From NCBI GenBank assembly GCA_043809245.1, contig JAZDDZ010000049.1:1-64000 (forward strand): DNA of 64,000 bases. The letters are read 5' to 3'. Under the pieces are notes generated by a model. That model worked only from the letters and a program-made list of their open reading frames with translations. It was not told the DNA's origin and did no database searches. Source of the DNA: Candidatus Iainarchaeum sp. (GTDB taxonomy: Archaea > Iainarchaeota > Iainarchaeia > Iainarchaeales > JAZDDZ01). Made by a program: the position numbers and the translations under genes. Shown here one piece after another: positions 25,815 through 35,864 of this stretch. The first letter of the stretch is position 1, and every line of letters starts with the position of its first letter.

Positions 25815-26165
25815 ATGCAAGATTTCAAGCGATTAGAAGTTTGGAAGAGGGCCCATAATTTTGTTTTGGATATTTATAAAGCCACTGAATTTTTTCCAAA
25901 AAGCGAAAAATTTGGCATGATTTCACAAATTAGGCGAGCCTCTGCTTCAATTGTTGCAAACATTTGTGAAGGCTGCGGCCGGGAAAGCAAAAGAGAATTT
26001 CAGAGATTTCTTTTCATTTCACTTGGATCTGCAAAAGAAACAGAAGGATTTCTACTATTAGCTGAAGATTTAGGTTATTGCAAAGAAAAAAGGTTGATTG
26101 AAGAATTACAAATTATAAGCAGAATGCTTAGCGGACTCATTAAGAGTCTTAACCAAAACAGTTAA
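25815..26165 (+). CDS. Four-helix-bundle protein (S23 IVP/bAvd-like)
   Basis: LEVWKRA...FPKSEKFGMISQIRRAS.SI.ANI.EG..R. Confidence 0.9.
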   Translation: MQDFKRLEVWKRAHNFVLDIYKATEFFPKSEKFGMISQIRRASASIVANICEGCGRESKREFQRFLFISLGSAKETEGFLLLAEDLGYCKEKRLIEELQIISRMLSGLIKSLNQNS

Positions 26166-26255
26166 AGAAAATTGCACGCGATTGAAATGAGCGGGGATCC
26201 TTCTTGTTAAGCCAGTAGAAGGCCGCTTATTAAAAACGTCTAAAAAGATGCCAGT

Positions 26256-28856
26256 TCATTTATAGCCTAACTTTTTCTTTACCTTTGCTAAATTACCCCA
26301 ATATGAAAAGCAGGCGGATACTAACGAACCAAAACCATTTTTGATTAATTTTTTAGCAGTTAATCTTCCCTTGATTTCTTTACTTGCTTTTTTAAATTCT
26401 TTCTTTACGTTCGCCCATTTTTTCCAATAATTGGCCTCTTTATGTAACACTCCTTTTTTACCAAATCGGCCATATTTCAAACCACACATTTTTGCAACAA
26501 CCCCAAAACCACCAAACTTCAATATTGCGGACTCTAAATCTTGCTGTCCAGATTTTCTTAATTCCCTGGATGTCGGCATAATCCTGGCTTTTGCAATTTT
26601 TTTTATTTCCTTAATTAGTTCCTTCTTTGTCCAAATTCTCCGTACTATTGGGCAACCTATTATCCTTCTTGCCTCATTAACGCTGCCAAAAAACCGATAG
26701 ATCTTTGGGTAGAGTCCGCTTTTACCTGACTTCCTTGCTTCTTCTTGTGTTATAAAATGGCCTTGCTTGTCGTAAAACGCCTTTAATTCTGCGACAACTT
26801 CTTCCTTTGCCCAATGCTTTCTTATAATTGGATAACCCATTTTTTCTCGTACTGTATTAATGCTGCCATAATGTTTTACTGCATGAGCGTATAACTTATA
26901 TTTGCCTAATTTTTTGAACTCAGTTTCTTTTGGAAAATGTTTTATTTCCTTTATAATTTTATTGAAATCTCTCTCAATATTTTCCCAAATAGCATAACTA
27001 CCTCTCTTTGTGTAATATGTGATGGGATAACCGCACTTATCTGAAAAATAAAATGGCCCTCCATTTCTATCAATAGCAACTATAAGGTCAAACCGTTTAG
27101 CTTCTTCCAAGTGCTTTCTTGATGGGAAACGCCCTAACCTTTTACAAATCGGGGTTAGCCCCTCAATTATCTCCTGCTCTGTCCACCCATCAGATTTTAT
27201 TAAGTGCTTTTTCAGGAATGCCATTTCTTCAAGGAATGATTTTTTCTTATACAATTTTTCGTTGTGTTTTACTCTCTTACCCGCTTGATAGAAATCTAAT
27301 TCCAATGGCTCAAGTAAACCAGTTTCTTTATGTATTTTACCTTTATGAATGTTGGATAGTTTTTTTTCTTTCTCGACCTTTTCAACAAAGTCTTGAATTA
27401 TTAATAGGTGCCCGAATGCATTAATTACTTTTTTAATCTTGGTTACAGTTCCAACGAAATCTAAAACCCGCAAATAATTTTTTCCAGAAGCTTTTCTTAA
27501 TCCCCGACCCAATTGCTGGAAAAAAATTGTGGGGCTATAAGTTGTCCGTAAGAAAACAACCAAGTTGGCACCAGGAATGTCAATGCCTTCATTGAATAAA
27601 TCGACCACTAAAATTGTTCTTATTTTTCCCGTTTTAAACCTGTGAAAAATTATCTCTCGTTTTTGATCATCCATATTGGAATGATAAACTTCCGCGTCTG
27701 AAAACAAACCAATTGATTTAACGGAGTTAATATACTTTATTGTTGGGCAAAAAACAATTGTTTTTGGGTTATCAATTTTGTTCATCTCCCCGTAAATTAT
27801 TTTTTCAATATCTTCGTCTTTTGTGGGAATAAAAAATTGTTTATTCAACTGCTCCACGGAAAGCTTTTTGTTTATCGTTTTGAGTTTAGCATAGTCGATG
27901 TTGTCAGAAAAAACAGAAAATTTTACAGGAGACAAATAACCTCTAATTAATGATTCAGCTAAACCCAAATCAACTAATGGTTTTCCGAAAATACTTTCAA
28001 TGAATTCATTGTCTTTTCGTGCAGCTCTAAGCGGAGTTGCAGTAATTCCGAGAATAAATTTCGGCTTGAAATAGGATAATATGTTAGCATAAGTTTGCGC
28101 AGGAGAATGGTGTGCTTCATCGATTATGATATAATCAAAATAATCTTTCGAGATTTTTTTGTAATGTCTTTTCATTGTCTGGAATGTTGAGAAAACAATA
28201 TCCTCTTTCCGGAACTTTTTTCCCCCAAAATAAACGCCGAATTTGAACTTTCCTTTTTTCTCATTTAGTATGAAGTTAAATTTTTCAGCATTATCAACAA
28301 GAATGTCAGTTCGGTGAACCAAAAACAAGGCCTTTTGTCCTTTCTTAATTTGGCTTTTTAAATCCCAGGCCGCAACCAATGTTTTACCTAAACCTGTTGC
28401 CAAAACCAATAATGCTGCTTTGTTGCCTTTTTCTCTGTGTTCAATAAGGCAGTTTAAAATCTTTTGTTGATATGGAAACGGCCTATACTTTACAGATTTG
28501 GATTTAAATTTTTTCCATTCTTTTAATTCTTCCAAGCCGATTAAATCGATAGGTTTATCGAATTTATTTTTTGCCTTGTAAACGGCTTTGGAAAAAACAG
28601 TGTCACAGACCAACATTCCTCTATCTGCTTTATAAAAATCCATTGCAGCTGAAACATCCTTTAACGCGCTATATCCCACAGTTCCTTTGTATTTTTTGCA
28701 TTGAACAACATATTCTAAACCATCCTTTAAAGCTAAAATATCGGCACCATAATCGCTTGAAGCCTTTGTAACCTTAACGTGGTAAAAGCCCTGAGCCTTC
28801 AGCTTCTCAGCTACATACTTTTCGAAATCAAAACCAGCCTTCTGTGCTGTCGTCAT
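26256..28856 (-). CDS. Mrr-type endonuclease, SF2 helicase and five C-terminal helical repeats
   Basis: DYGADI...QCK; TGLGKT, DEAHH, TATP, QQLGRGLR; repeats W..e.i....k.......P...........GG/GS. Confidence 0.88.
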   Translation of the reverse strand: MTTAQKAGFDFEKYVAEKLKAQGFYHVKVTKASSDYGADILALKDGLEYVVQCKKYKGTVGYSALKDVSAAMDFYKADRGMLVCDTVFSKAVYKAKNKFDKPIDLIGLEELKEWKKFKSKSVKYRPFPYQQKILNCLIEHREKGNKAALLVLATGLGKTLVAAWDLKSQIKKGQKALFLVHRTDILVDNAEKFNFILNEKKGKFKFGVYFGGKKFRKEDIVFSTFQTMKRHYKKISKDYFDYIIIDEAHHSPAQTYANILSYFKPKFILGITATPLRAARKDNEFIESIFGKPLVDLGLAESLIRGYLSPVKFSVFSDNIDYAKLKTINKKLSVEQLNKQFFIPTKDEDIEKIIYGEMNKIDNPKTIVFCPTIKYINSVKSIGLFSDAEVYHSNMDDQKREIIFHRFKTGKIRTILVVDLFNEGIDIPGANLVVFLRTTYSPTIFFQQLGRGLRKASGKNYLRVLDFVGTVTKIKKVINAFGHLLIIQDFVEKVEKEKKLSNIHKGKIHKETGLLEPLELDFYQAGKRVKHNEKLYKKKSFLEEMAFLKKHLIKSDGWTEQEIIEGLTPICKRLGRFPSRKHLEEAKRFDLIVAIDRNGGPFYFSDKCGYPITYYTKRGSYAIWENIERDFNKIIKEIKHFPKETEFKKLGKYKLYAHAVKHYGSINTVREKMGYPIIRKHWAKEEVVAELKAFYDKQGHFITQEEARKSGKSGLYPKIYRFFGSVNEARRIIGCPIVRRIWTKKELIKEIKKIAKARIMPTSRELRKSGQQDLESAILKFGGFGVVAKMCGLKYGRFGKKGVLHKEANYWKKWANVKKEFKKASKEIKGRLTAKKLIKNGFGSLVSACFSYWGNLAKVKKKLGYK

Positions 28857-29011
28857 CTTAAAGCAAATTTCATCAAAAACGAGTTTAAAATGATTTGTTA
28901 TTGACTGTTCTCCCGCCTTAAAAAAGCCTAAATACGAGCCTCAATTCATAGATGGCAAAGAGCGGAAAGATAATTAAATTCAACAAAAAGCAGCAGCATT
29001 ATTATTTTTGT

Positions 29012-29776
29012 TTAATTTTGCCTGCTGCCTAAATTTTTTCTAAGGCTATCTTCTATTATTTTTTTAGAAACGCGTTTTCTCATCTCAACAGTCAGGCGTT
29101 CCGAGTCGACGCCATTATCACTCATGAACTCCAAAATGCCCTTGGAAGTAAATTCCCCATATTTATTAATGAGCTCTGACTCGGAGATACCTTGAGCACA
29201 TTCAATCAATTTACTTTCTTTTAATCTGCCTAAAAAACCAACAAGGACTTTGCTTGAATTCATATATTGGTTTATAGGAATAAGCTGATCCCAGAAAAAT
29301 AAGGCGGAAAATTTTTTATCGCTAAAATATTCTTCATCAAGACCTTTCAATGCAGTACACCATCTGCTTTTTTTAAAATCTGGTTCGCATGGCGTAAGTG
29401 GCCACGCTTTACATAACAAAGGCCGGTATTTATAGATTCCACACTTATTATTTGACAAAGCAGGACATGGCTGACCTAAAAGCTTCCAAAGTTGAACAAT
29501 TCTTGTTTTACTTTTTAAGTCAAAAAGGTATACTTCTGGGATTAATTCGGCTTTAATGGAATTTTCGTTTAATCCTTTTTTTACGGTTTCTCTTTCAAAA
29601 TCAGTCAGTATAGTGCCAGGCTTAATGGCTGGCGGCATATAAACTGGGCCATACTGAAATTTTTTTATTTTTTCATCATCTTCTTGTTCGGTTTTCAAAA
29701 TATCTTCGTTGCAACAGCGCCCGCATTTTACACAGGAAAATCGCGCTAAATTCTTGGCCATATAAAATACTCGCAA
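29012..29776 (-). CDS. YkgJ-family cysteine cluster protein
   Basis: CVKCGRCC...CPAL...CGIYKYRPLLCKAWP. Confidence 0.85.
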   Translation of the reverse strand: MRVFYMAKNLARFSCVKCGRCCNEDILKTEQEDDEKIKKFQYGPVYMPPAIKPGTILTDFERETVKKGLNENSIKAELIPEVYLFDLKSKTRIVQLWKLLGQPCPALSNNKCGIYKYRPLLCKAWPLTPCEPDFKKSRWCTALKGLDEEYFSDKKFSALFFWDQLIPINQYMNSSKVLVGFLGRLKESKLIECAQGISESELINKYGEFTSKGILEFMSDNGVDSERLTVEMRKRVSKKIIEDSLRKNLGSRQN

Positions 29777-29813
29777 GAAAAAGGTTAAAATCTGTTGTAC
29801 AATTAATTCACAG

Positions 29814-30890
29814 TTATCTTAATGTGACTGTTTTGCTTGTTGAAGCCACTGCTTGAATTGCTACGCCAGATTTTAAATTAACCTTCAAAGTATACGTTCC
29901 GGGCGAGATTTCTGTTTTGTTATCATACCCAATATAAGTTGCCTTGTAAATTCCATCATAACCTACTGGAATTTCAGATAAAGCATAGCTTTGTTCATCC
30001 ACATCTCTGCTCAGTACTTGGTCGCCTTCATATATATAAAAATCAAACATAGGATTTTGAAGAATGGCTTCTCCGTTATTTTTTATTCCAATCTTTACGT
30101 AATCTAAAAAGCATTCATTGTTGTAACATGTCGGGTTATAATCTACTATGCTCAATTCTATCTGGAATCCTTCTTTTACCAATTCTAAGGCTTTTTCTTC
30201 TTTTGGAATATCCATCTCTAAGTAGCTCTGCCTTTCCAAAATATCATATTCGAACTTAGAGTTGATTTGCTTAATATCCTCTTCAGAAAAACCTTTAAGG
30301 CGCTCAAGTTCTTGTTTATCCAAATTTATAATTTGCTGATACAATTCTATAAATTTTTCTTCATCATTTTCTACTGCGGTTTTTTCAACCAACGCGTTTC
30401 TATTTACATTCCATTCTCTTCTATCGCGCCTATACTTAACATAGGTTTTCTCTAAATTAACATCAAAGCTACCTTCTAATTCCGAAACAGCTCTTTCCAT
30501 CTGCTCAATCTTAGTCAGTATGAAATCATAGTCAATTAAAGCGCTCTCTTTATCGTATTCCGCAGATTCTGCGTCTAAAAACTTTATAATATCCTTGTAC
30601 TGCTTGGTTTCCTCCAACTTCTGCTTAGCACAAGTATTTACTTTTTGTCCTCCTGATTCTAATTCTTTACAATCAAAAAATTGCGGGCATGCAACATCCA
30701 AACAACAATTTTCGGCAATCTCCCCGGGCTCTGCAATTCCATTACCGCAAATAGCGTTCGCGCTTAGGTCTGATGAAGGCAAACTATTATCGCTGTTAGA
30801 CAATGCAGCCGGCGAGCCTACATCTTGTGTGCACCCGCTGAGAATCAACAATAAAATAAATGCCGGAACAACTAATTTCAGGCCAAGCAT
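29814..30890 (-). CDS. Secreted lipoprotein-like protein
   Basis: LSGC lipobox; CGNGIAEPGE..ENCCLD cysteine-rich motif. Confidence 0.8.
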   Translation of the reverse strand: MLGLKLVVPAFILLLILSGCTQDVGSPAALSNSDNSLPSSDLSANAICGNGIAEPGEIAENCCLDVACPQFFDCKELESGGQKVNTCAKQKLEETKQYKDIIKFLDAESAEYDKESALIDYDFILTKIEQMERAVSELEGSFDVNLEKTYVKYRRDRREWNVNRNALVEKTAVENDEEKFIELYQQIINLDKQELERLKGFSEEDIKQINSKFEYDILERQSYLEMDIPKEEKALELVKEGFQIELSIVDYNPTCYNNECFLDYVKIGIKNNGEAILQNPMFDFYIYEGDQVLSRDVDEQSYALSEIPVGYDGIYKATYIGYDNKTEISPGTYTLKVNLKSGVAIQAVASTSKTVTLR

Positions 30891-30977
30891 AATAGCAAGT
30901 TATTGCTACGAAAATCATATAAATATGTTATGAGCGTGTTATGATAGTATTTGAATGGGCCTGCAGCCTCTATTTTA

Positions 30978-31223
30978 ATGTACGAAGAAATAGCTGGCCT
31001 CAAACGGAGCAAGACAAAAATAGACATTCTCAAAAGGCTTGCATCAAAGCCCATGACGCCAACGGAGCTATCAAAAGAGCTTAAGCTCCACCAGTCAAGC
31101 ATCTCACGGAGCATTAAACAGCTTGAACAGCAAAAACTAGTGGAATGCTTAACGCCAAAACAATACAACTATAGGCATTATCAGGCAACAGAGAAAGGAA
31201 AAAAAATTCTGAAACAAATTTAA
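30978..31223 (+). CDS. ArsR/MarR-like wHTH regulator
   Basis: PMTPTELSKEL...SSISRSIKQL...Y.ATEKGK. Confidence 0.85.
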   Translation: MYEEIAGLKRSKTKIDILKRLASKPMTPTELSKELKLHQSSISRSIKQLEQQKLVECLTPKQYNYRHYQATEKGKKILKQI

Positions 31224-31227
31224 TTTG

Positions 31228-32856
31228 TTATCCTTTTAATCTTTCTCCACAAGAAGTGCAGAAATTTACTGTTGCTTTTTGTTGCGAGTTACATTTCGGG
31301 CAAATTATAGCGTTAACATTTGTTGGCGCTTGTTGTGGTTTCAAATAAAAGAAATAAGCTGCTACTCCCACTAATCCGACTATAATTAAAACAATAATAA
31401 TCGGCAATGCGGAAGATAGCGAGTTCTCAGAGCTTAGAACCGCCGATCCAGTATTAGGCAGTGCTGAAGCTTCAGATCCTTCAGCAATAACTTTTACCGG
31501 TTCACAGCTATCCTTGCATTGACCCACATAACTTCCTTCTGCTTTACAGCATTCTTGCCCAGATGCACAATCTTGTGCTTTATAATTTCTGCCTTCAGAG
31601 CAACAACTGCTATAAGGACAATCCTGCAAGGTATAACGTGCCTTACAGCCTTCAGTTCTATTGCAAACCTCGTTAGGCCCACATTCTGAATCTGAACAAC
31701 ATAACACTTTATTTGTTGATTTAGTACATGAGCCATTTTTACTGGGCCAAATTTTATGAGTTAAATCACAACTCCAGATTGTTTCAGTATTATTTAGACA
31801 TGTCACTTGTCCTGGAACTTGACAATCTATATCTGTGTCACAAGGTTTTGAATCAGTACATGAAAAAGTATTTGGATCGCATAATAATGCTCCTGTGGGG
31901 TCTTTCCACTTACAATCTTCATTATAACAGCATTCAACAACACTTTTGACGCTTGTGGGAATTAAATAGCACGCCCCCGACACAGTATCTATTTTAGAAA
32001 AGGACATCAAATTCCTATTCCCTGGAGAGCCGCCCATACAATAGCCATTTGGCATATTATCTTTATCATAAATAATTCCTATATCCGGTATTATTTTCCA
32101 GCCAGATAAAAAGGTATAAGTTTCACCAGCATGTAAATTTGTTGGATTATTCGCGAATGAATATGAAATCTGATTTATTGATTTATACTGGCCACTTAGA
32201 CTTTTTGTAGTGGTAGAAGTCTCAAAATAAGTAGTAGGTAAATTTTCTGAAACTGCTTTTTGCGGATAATATTTTGAAACAAAATCGGTTGGGACACAAC
32301 CCACAGTACCTGGCATCATAACGAAATTTGTAGTATTGTCTGGATTTTCATACAAATAGATTTTTCTGGTATCAACTTTTATTTTAGATCCTGATCTGAG
32401 TGGGTGTTCATCTCCCAGAACTCCAATGCAAGTTCCGACTATTTTCAAAGTTTTCGGGTATCCAAAGGTTATTGGGAAGCCGCCAATCTGTTTTTCCTTT
32501 AAATCTTTGTAGTATCTTCTCCATACAATATTATCTCCGTCTAAAATTCTTAAGTCAAGCCGCCATAAAAAATCTTCACAAAATTTATTATTGGGATCAT
32601 TCAAAGAACGACCTTCTGGATCTGTTATTGATGAGCGGTCTGATATATTGCATTGTGACACGCAAGGAAGGTCCACTACAGATGAAGTTGCACCAGTTTG
32701 AATTTCATATTCTGGATAGTCGTATTGTTCAGTATTCGCAGAATCACACAATACCACCCCGAAGACTGGTGCAGCGATTGAACAGTGCTCATTCTCTGCT
32801 AAAACTAAAAAATTGAATATCAAAATAAAAATAAGCAAAATCAATAATTTTTTCAT
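31228..32856 (-). CDS. Cysteine-rich surface protein with C-terminal TM and zinc ribbon
   Basis: Signal peptide, CC..D..C repeats, transmembrane segment, CPKC...FCTSCG. Confidence 0.8.
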   Translation of the reverse strand: MKKLLILLIFILIFNFLVLAENEHCSIAAPVFGVVLCDSANTEQYDYPEYEIQTGATSSVVDLPCVSQCNISDRSSITDPEGRSLNDPNNKFCEDFLWRLDLRILDGDNIVWRRYYKDLKEKQIGGFPITFGYPKTLKIVGTCIGVLGDEHPLRSGSKIKVDTRKIYLYENPDNTTNFVMMPGTVGCVPTDFVSKYYPQKAVSENLPTTYFETSTTTKSLSGQYKSINQISYSFANNPTNLHAGETYTFLSGWKIIPDIGIIYDKDNMPNGYCMGGSPGNRNLMSFSKIDTVSGACYLIPTSVKSVVECCYNEDCKWKDPTGALLCDPNTFSCTDSKPCDTDIDCQVPGQVTCLNNTETIWSCDLTHKIWPSKNGSCTKSTNKVLCCSDSECGPNEVCNRTEGCKARYTLQDCPYSSCCSEGRNYKAQDCASGQECCKAEGSYVGQCKDSCEPVKVIAEGSEASALPNTGSAVLSSENSLSSALPIIIVLIIVGLVGVAAYFFYLKPQQAPTNVNAIICPKCNSQQKATVNFCTSCGERLKG

Positions 32857-33367
32857 ATTTTTTCCCCGCATTTCTCGCAGAATTTTGAATTCTGGCTATT
32901 TTTTGCTCCGCATGCTCTACAAAATATTGCTTTTTCATTTGGTTGAGTAGCCTGAATTTGTTGGCTTGGTTTTGAATCAGCTTTAATCATAAACAAGCCA
33001 ATAACAAATAGAATCGCAAATACTATTGTTGCAATGAGTGAAACGTCTGTGAAAAATTTTATTAAAGTTAAAACGTTTTTTAAAGAAGCCGAGCTGTCTT
33101 TAACCATGGCCATAATTCGCCAATACTGCCGCCCCATCCCGCGGCCTCTCCAATCACTGGAACCCAGTTAAGGCCTTTAACTGTTTGCAAAAAAGAAGTA
33201 GCAGAAGTATACCAATCCGAATGCGATATTGAATAGATTTGCTCATTAGCCTGGTACGCGCTGTTAATAGTTCCGGAGAGAGGAGTTAGATAAATAAAGA
33301 AGGTTAAGAAAATGATTAACATGGCTAAGGAAAAGCCCGCTAAGAACGCCCCACCCACTTTTCCCAT
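32853..33367 (-). pseudogene. Membrane protein with zinc ribbon, apparently split by a 1-nt frameshift
   Basis: Overlapping ORFs 33080-33367 and 32853-33137 join as ...GGSIGE-IMAMVKD... if one A is restored near 33115. Confidence 0.55.
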
Positions 33368-33457
33368 AGTACTATTTTTGGCCTTGAAATGCCTTTAAAA
33401 TCTATCGTAATGGCAAAATGGCTTTAGTTGAAAAAGGCTTTGTTTGAGTACTATTTA

Positions 33458-34087
33458 ATGGATAACAACTATCAGAACCGAACGCGGGTCAATGATATTC
33501 AAGCTAGAATAAGTCACGAGATATACTTAGAGGTAAGTGAAAAAATTAAAGAAGGAGATATTTCTAAAGCAAAAGAACTTTTTTTAGAAAATTTTAGACT
33601 AATTATCCATGAGATAAGTCAATTTGGCGGTATTAAAGAAAGAAAGCATTTATTTGGAAGAGTAGCTCAAGGAATTAATTTTTTAAAGGACACGTATTTT
33701 TTTGACATTAAATATGGAGAAATTAATGATGCAAAGAAAGAATTATTTACAATATTTAATGAACATTTGGTAGTGGTAATTGCGCTAATATTAAAAGATG
33801 AGGAAGATTTTGGGGCAATAGAATATATTGACAGAATGATTCACCCATTATTTTATATTGAAAAGAGAGATGCTCCAGATTATGCGGGCTTTACTGTATC
33901 CCGAGTTGATGAAAAATATTTTTTCGATGTTTTCAGATTTCGTTTTAAAAATGCGTCAAAAGATTATGACGAACTAAAGTTTGAAATTGAAAAATACAAA
34001 AACTGGGTTGAAGAAAAAAACAAAAAGTTTGCTGATTTACTTAAAAATCGTGGTATAAATGCCGAGTATAAAAAAGCGAAAGAATAA
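33458..34087 (+). CDS. Hypothetical protein
   Basis: Long AT-rich ORF. Confidence 0.65.
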   Translation: MDNNYQNRTRVNDIQARISHEIYLEVSEKIKEGDISKAKELFLENFRLIIHEISQFGGIKERKHLFGRVAQGINFLKDTYFFDIKYGEINDAKKELFTIFNEHLVVVIALILKDEEDFGAIEYIDRMIHPLFYIEKRDAPDYAGFTVSRVDEKYFFDVFRFRFKNASKDYDELKFEIEKYKNWVEEKNKKFADLLKNRGINAEYKKAKE

Positions 34088-34706
34088 ACAAAGGTATCTA
34101 GAGCTAAAAAAGCTTGACGATTATTTAGCCTCTTGGATAGAACAAAAAAATAAAGAATTCAGAGAGTTCACAGACCAGAACGTAGCGTTGATGCGAGAAG
34201 AAAACATTCGCTTAAGAAAAGATGCTGCAGAAGTTTACCAAAAAGCTGAAAAGAAACTTGACGAACAGCAAATAAGACTAGTAGAAGTATTGGGAATATT
34301 TACTGCAATACTTGCTTTTGTTATAACATTTGTCCAAATCTCTGTAAGTTTTTCGGCTATAGAAGCATTTGGCTTAATTATTGCCATTGGCATCATCTTG
34401 ATAATATTTATATTTTTGTTAAAGAAAATAATAGAACCTAAAGCGCAAAATGAGAAAATGATTAGTATCCCGAAAGAAAAAAAATTCGATTGGCCCCGAG
34501 AAATAAGGCGCATTTTAAATCCTTTTCTTACAGTATTTATTTCTATATCTATATCGATTTTGGTTTATTCAGAAGTAATAATAAGAAATGAAATAGATGC
34601 TAACTTTTGGATTTTACTTTTTTTCGGTACTTTAGCAATTTTTATTTTAATTAATTCTCCGATTTTCTATTTAATATCTTGGCAAAACAAAGGGCTACTC
34701 AAATGA
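34059..34706 (+). CDS. Coiled-coil membrane protein
   Basis: VEVLGIFTAILAF and three further transmembrane segments. Confidence 0.65.
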   Translation: MPSIKKRKNKQRYLELKKLDDYLASWIEQKNKEFREFTDQNVALMREENIRLRKDAAEVYQKAEKKLDEQQIRLVEVLGIFTAILAFVITFVQISVSFSAIEAFGLIIAIGIILIIFIFLLKKIIEPKAQNEKMISIPKEKKFDWPREIRRILNPFLTVFISISISILVYSEVIIRNEIDANFWILLFFGTLAIFILINSPIFYLISWQNKGLLK

Positions 34707-34712
34707 ACTGAT

Positions 34713-35864
34713 CTAAGTTGGAGTTTGAGGAGTTTTTTTATTAATGGCTTCATACAATTTGCTAAACTTTTTTTCTTGCCAGTCATAAAATATTTTTCCG
34801 AAAACACGCACCAGAATAGCGTGTAAAATTATACCTATAAAAAAAGCAAGGGCAAAAGCAAAAATTAATTGCATAGAAAGTAATATCTGAACCGCCATTG
34901 AATTAGCATAAATGCTAGGCAGGTTCTGCACAATGGCGTTTATGGAATACTGTATTAATAAAATATAGAATATTACAAGAAACAAAATTGTGGAAATTGC
35001 CCACACAATCCAGGAAGTCCAGTGCCTTTGAAAATGAATAAGCGGGACCATTCTTTCTAAAGGCCAAAATTTTTCATTAGGAATATTTTTGATTATTTTT
35101 ACTTCTTCAATAGCGTTTAGCTGGTTTTTTAAAGCTGCTTTAATTATCTCCTTGTCATCTTTCCAATCTGCAAGTATTTTTTTCATAGTTTCAAGATTTA
35201 TTAGGTTTGGGAAATAGGAAATAAGTCGAATAGTATCTTTCTTACTTAACTTTAGTTTATATAATTCATCTATTGCATCCGGGTTTAATTCTTGTTGAGT
35301 AAGCAGAGAATCAATTAGCACGGGGCTGTTCCAACTATTTTTAACTAATAGAGATATTGTTTTAGTTAGCTCTATACCAATAATATTGTAACTATCTATT
35401 TCTTGTATTATACTTGTTTGGGCCTCTTTTTTTATTTCCGCAAAAATTTTTTCCTTCCTTAATTTCCTAGCTATTGCGCCCCAATTCTCAATTGCTATAT
35501 CGATGACCGTTAAAACTGCAAGCACTGCAACAATAATAACAAAAATAGTATTCTGTAGGTCTCCGCTTTTCCAAAGCACCATTAAAAAGGCAATTGCTAA
35601 AATACTTTTCCAAGCAGTATCCGAAATTTTCAAAAAACGTGTCAAGACTGATCGTAGTAATTCAGTAATTGTTTCTAAAAAATCGAAAAATTTTGTGATT
35701 GGTCGATTATCCTCGGGTCTTCTGAAAATTCTGCTGCCGATATCAACACTAACGTCAGGCAACGTAAATAAGTCATTAGGCATTAATCTTGTAGGTATTT
35801 TCTCTTTTCCCATAGCTATATATCGCATAATAATCTTTTTATAGTGCAAAGATAGCTGCTTCAC
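34713..35864 (-). CDS. Membrane protein (4 TM)
   Basis: Two transmembrane pairs flanking a soluble helical region; start uncertain. Confidence 0.65.
   Translation of the reverse strand: MKQLSLHYKKIIMRYIAMGKEKIPTRLMPNDLFTLPDVSVDIGSRIFRRPEDNRPITKFFDFLETITELLRSVLTRFLKISDTAWKSILAIAFLMVLWKSGDLQNTIFVIIVAVLAVLTVIDIAIENWGAIARKLRKEKIFAEIKKEAQTSIIQEIDSYNIIGIELTKTISLLVKNSWNSPVLIDSLLTQQELNPDAIDELYKLKLSKKDTIRLISYFPNLINLETMKKILADWKDDKEIIKAALKNQLNAIEEVKIIKNIPNEKFWPLERMVPLIHFQRHWTSWIVWAISTILFLVIFYILLIQYSINAIVQNLPSIYANSMAVQILLSMQLIFAFALAFFIGIILHAILVRVFGKIFYDWQEKKFSKLYEAINKKTPQTPT

Noticed and set aside
25815-26165. Avd-like gene suggesting a diversity-generating retroelement
   Set aside because: No reverse transcriptase and no template/variable repeat pair seen in the window.
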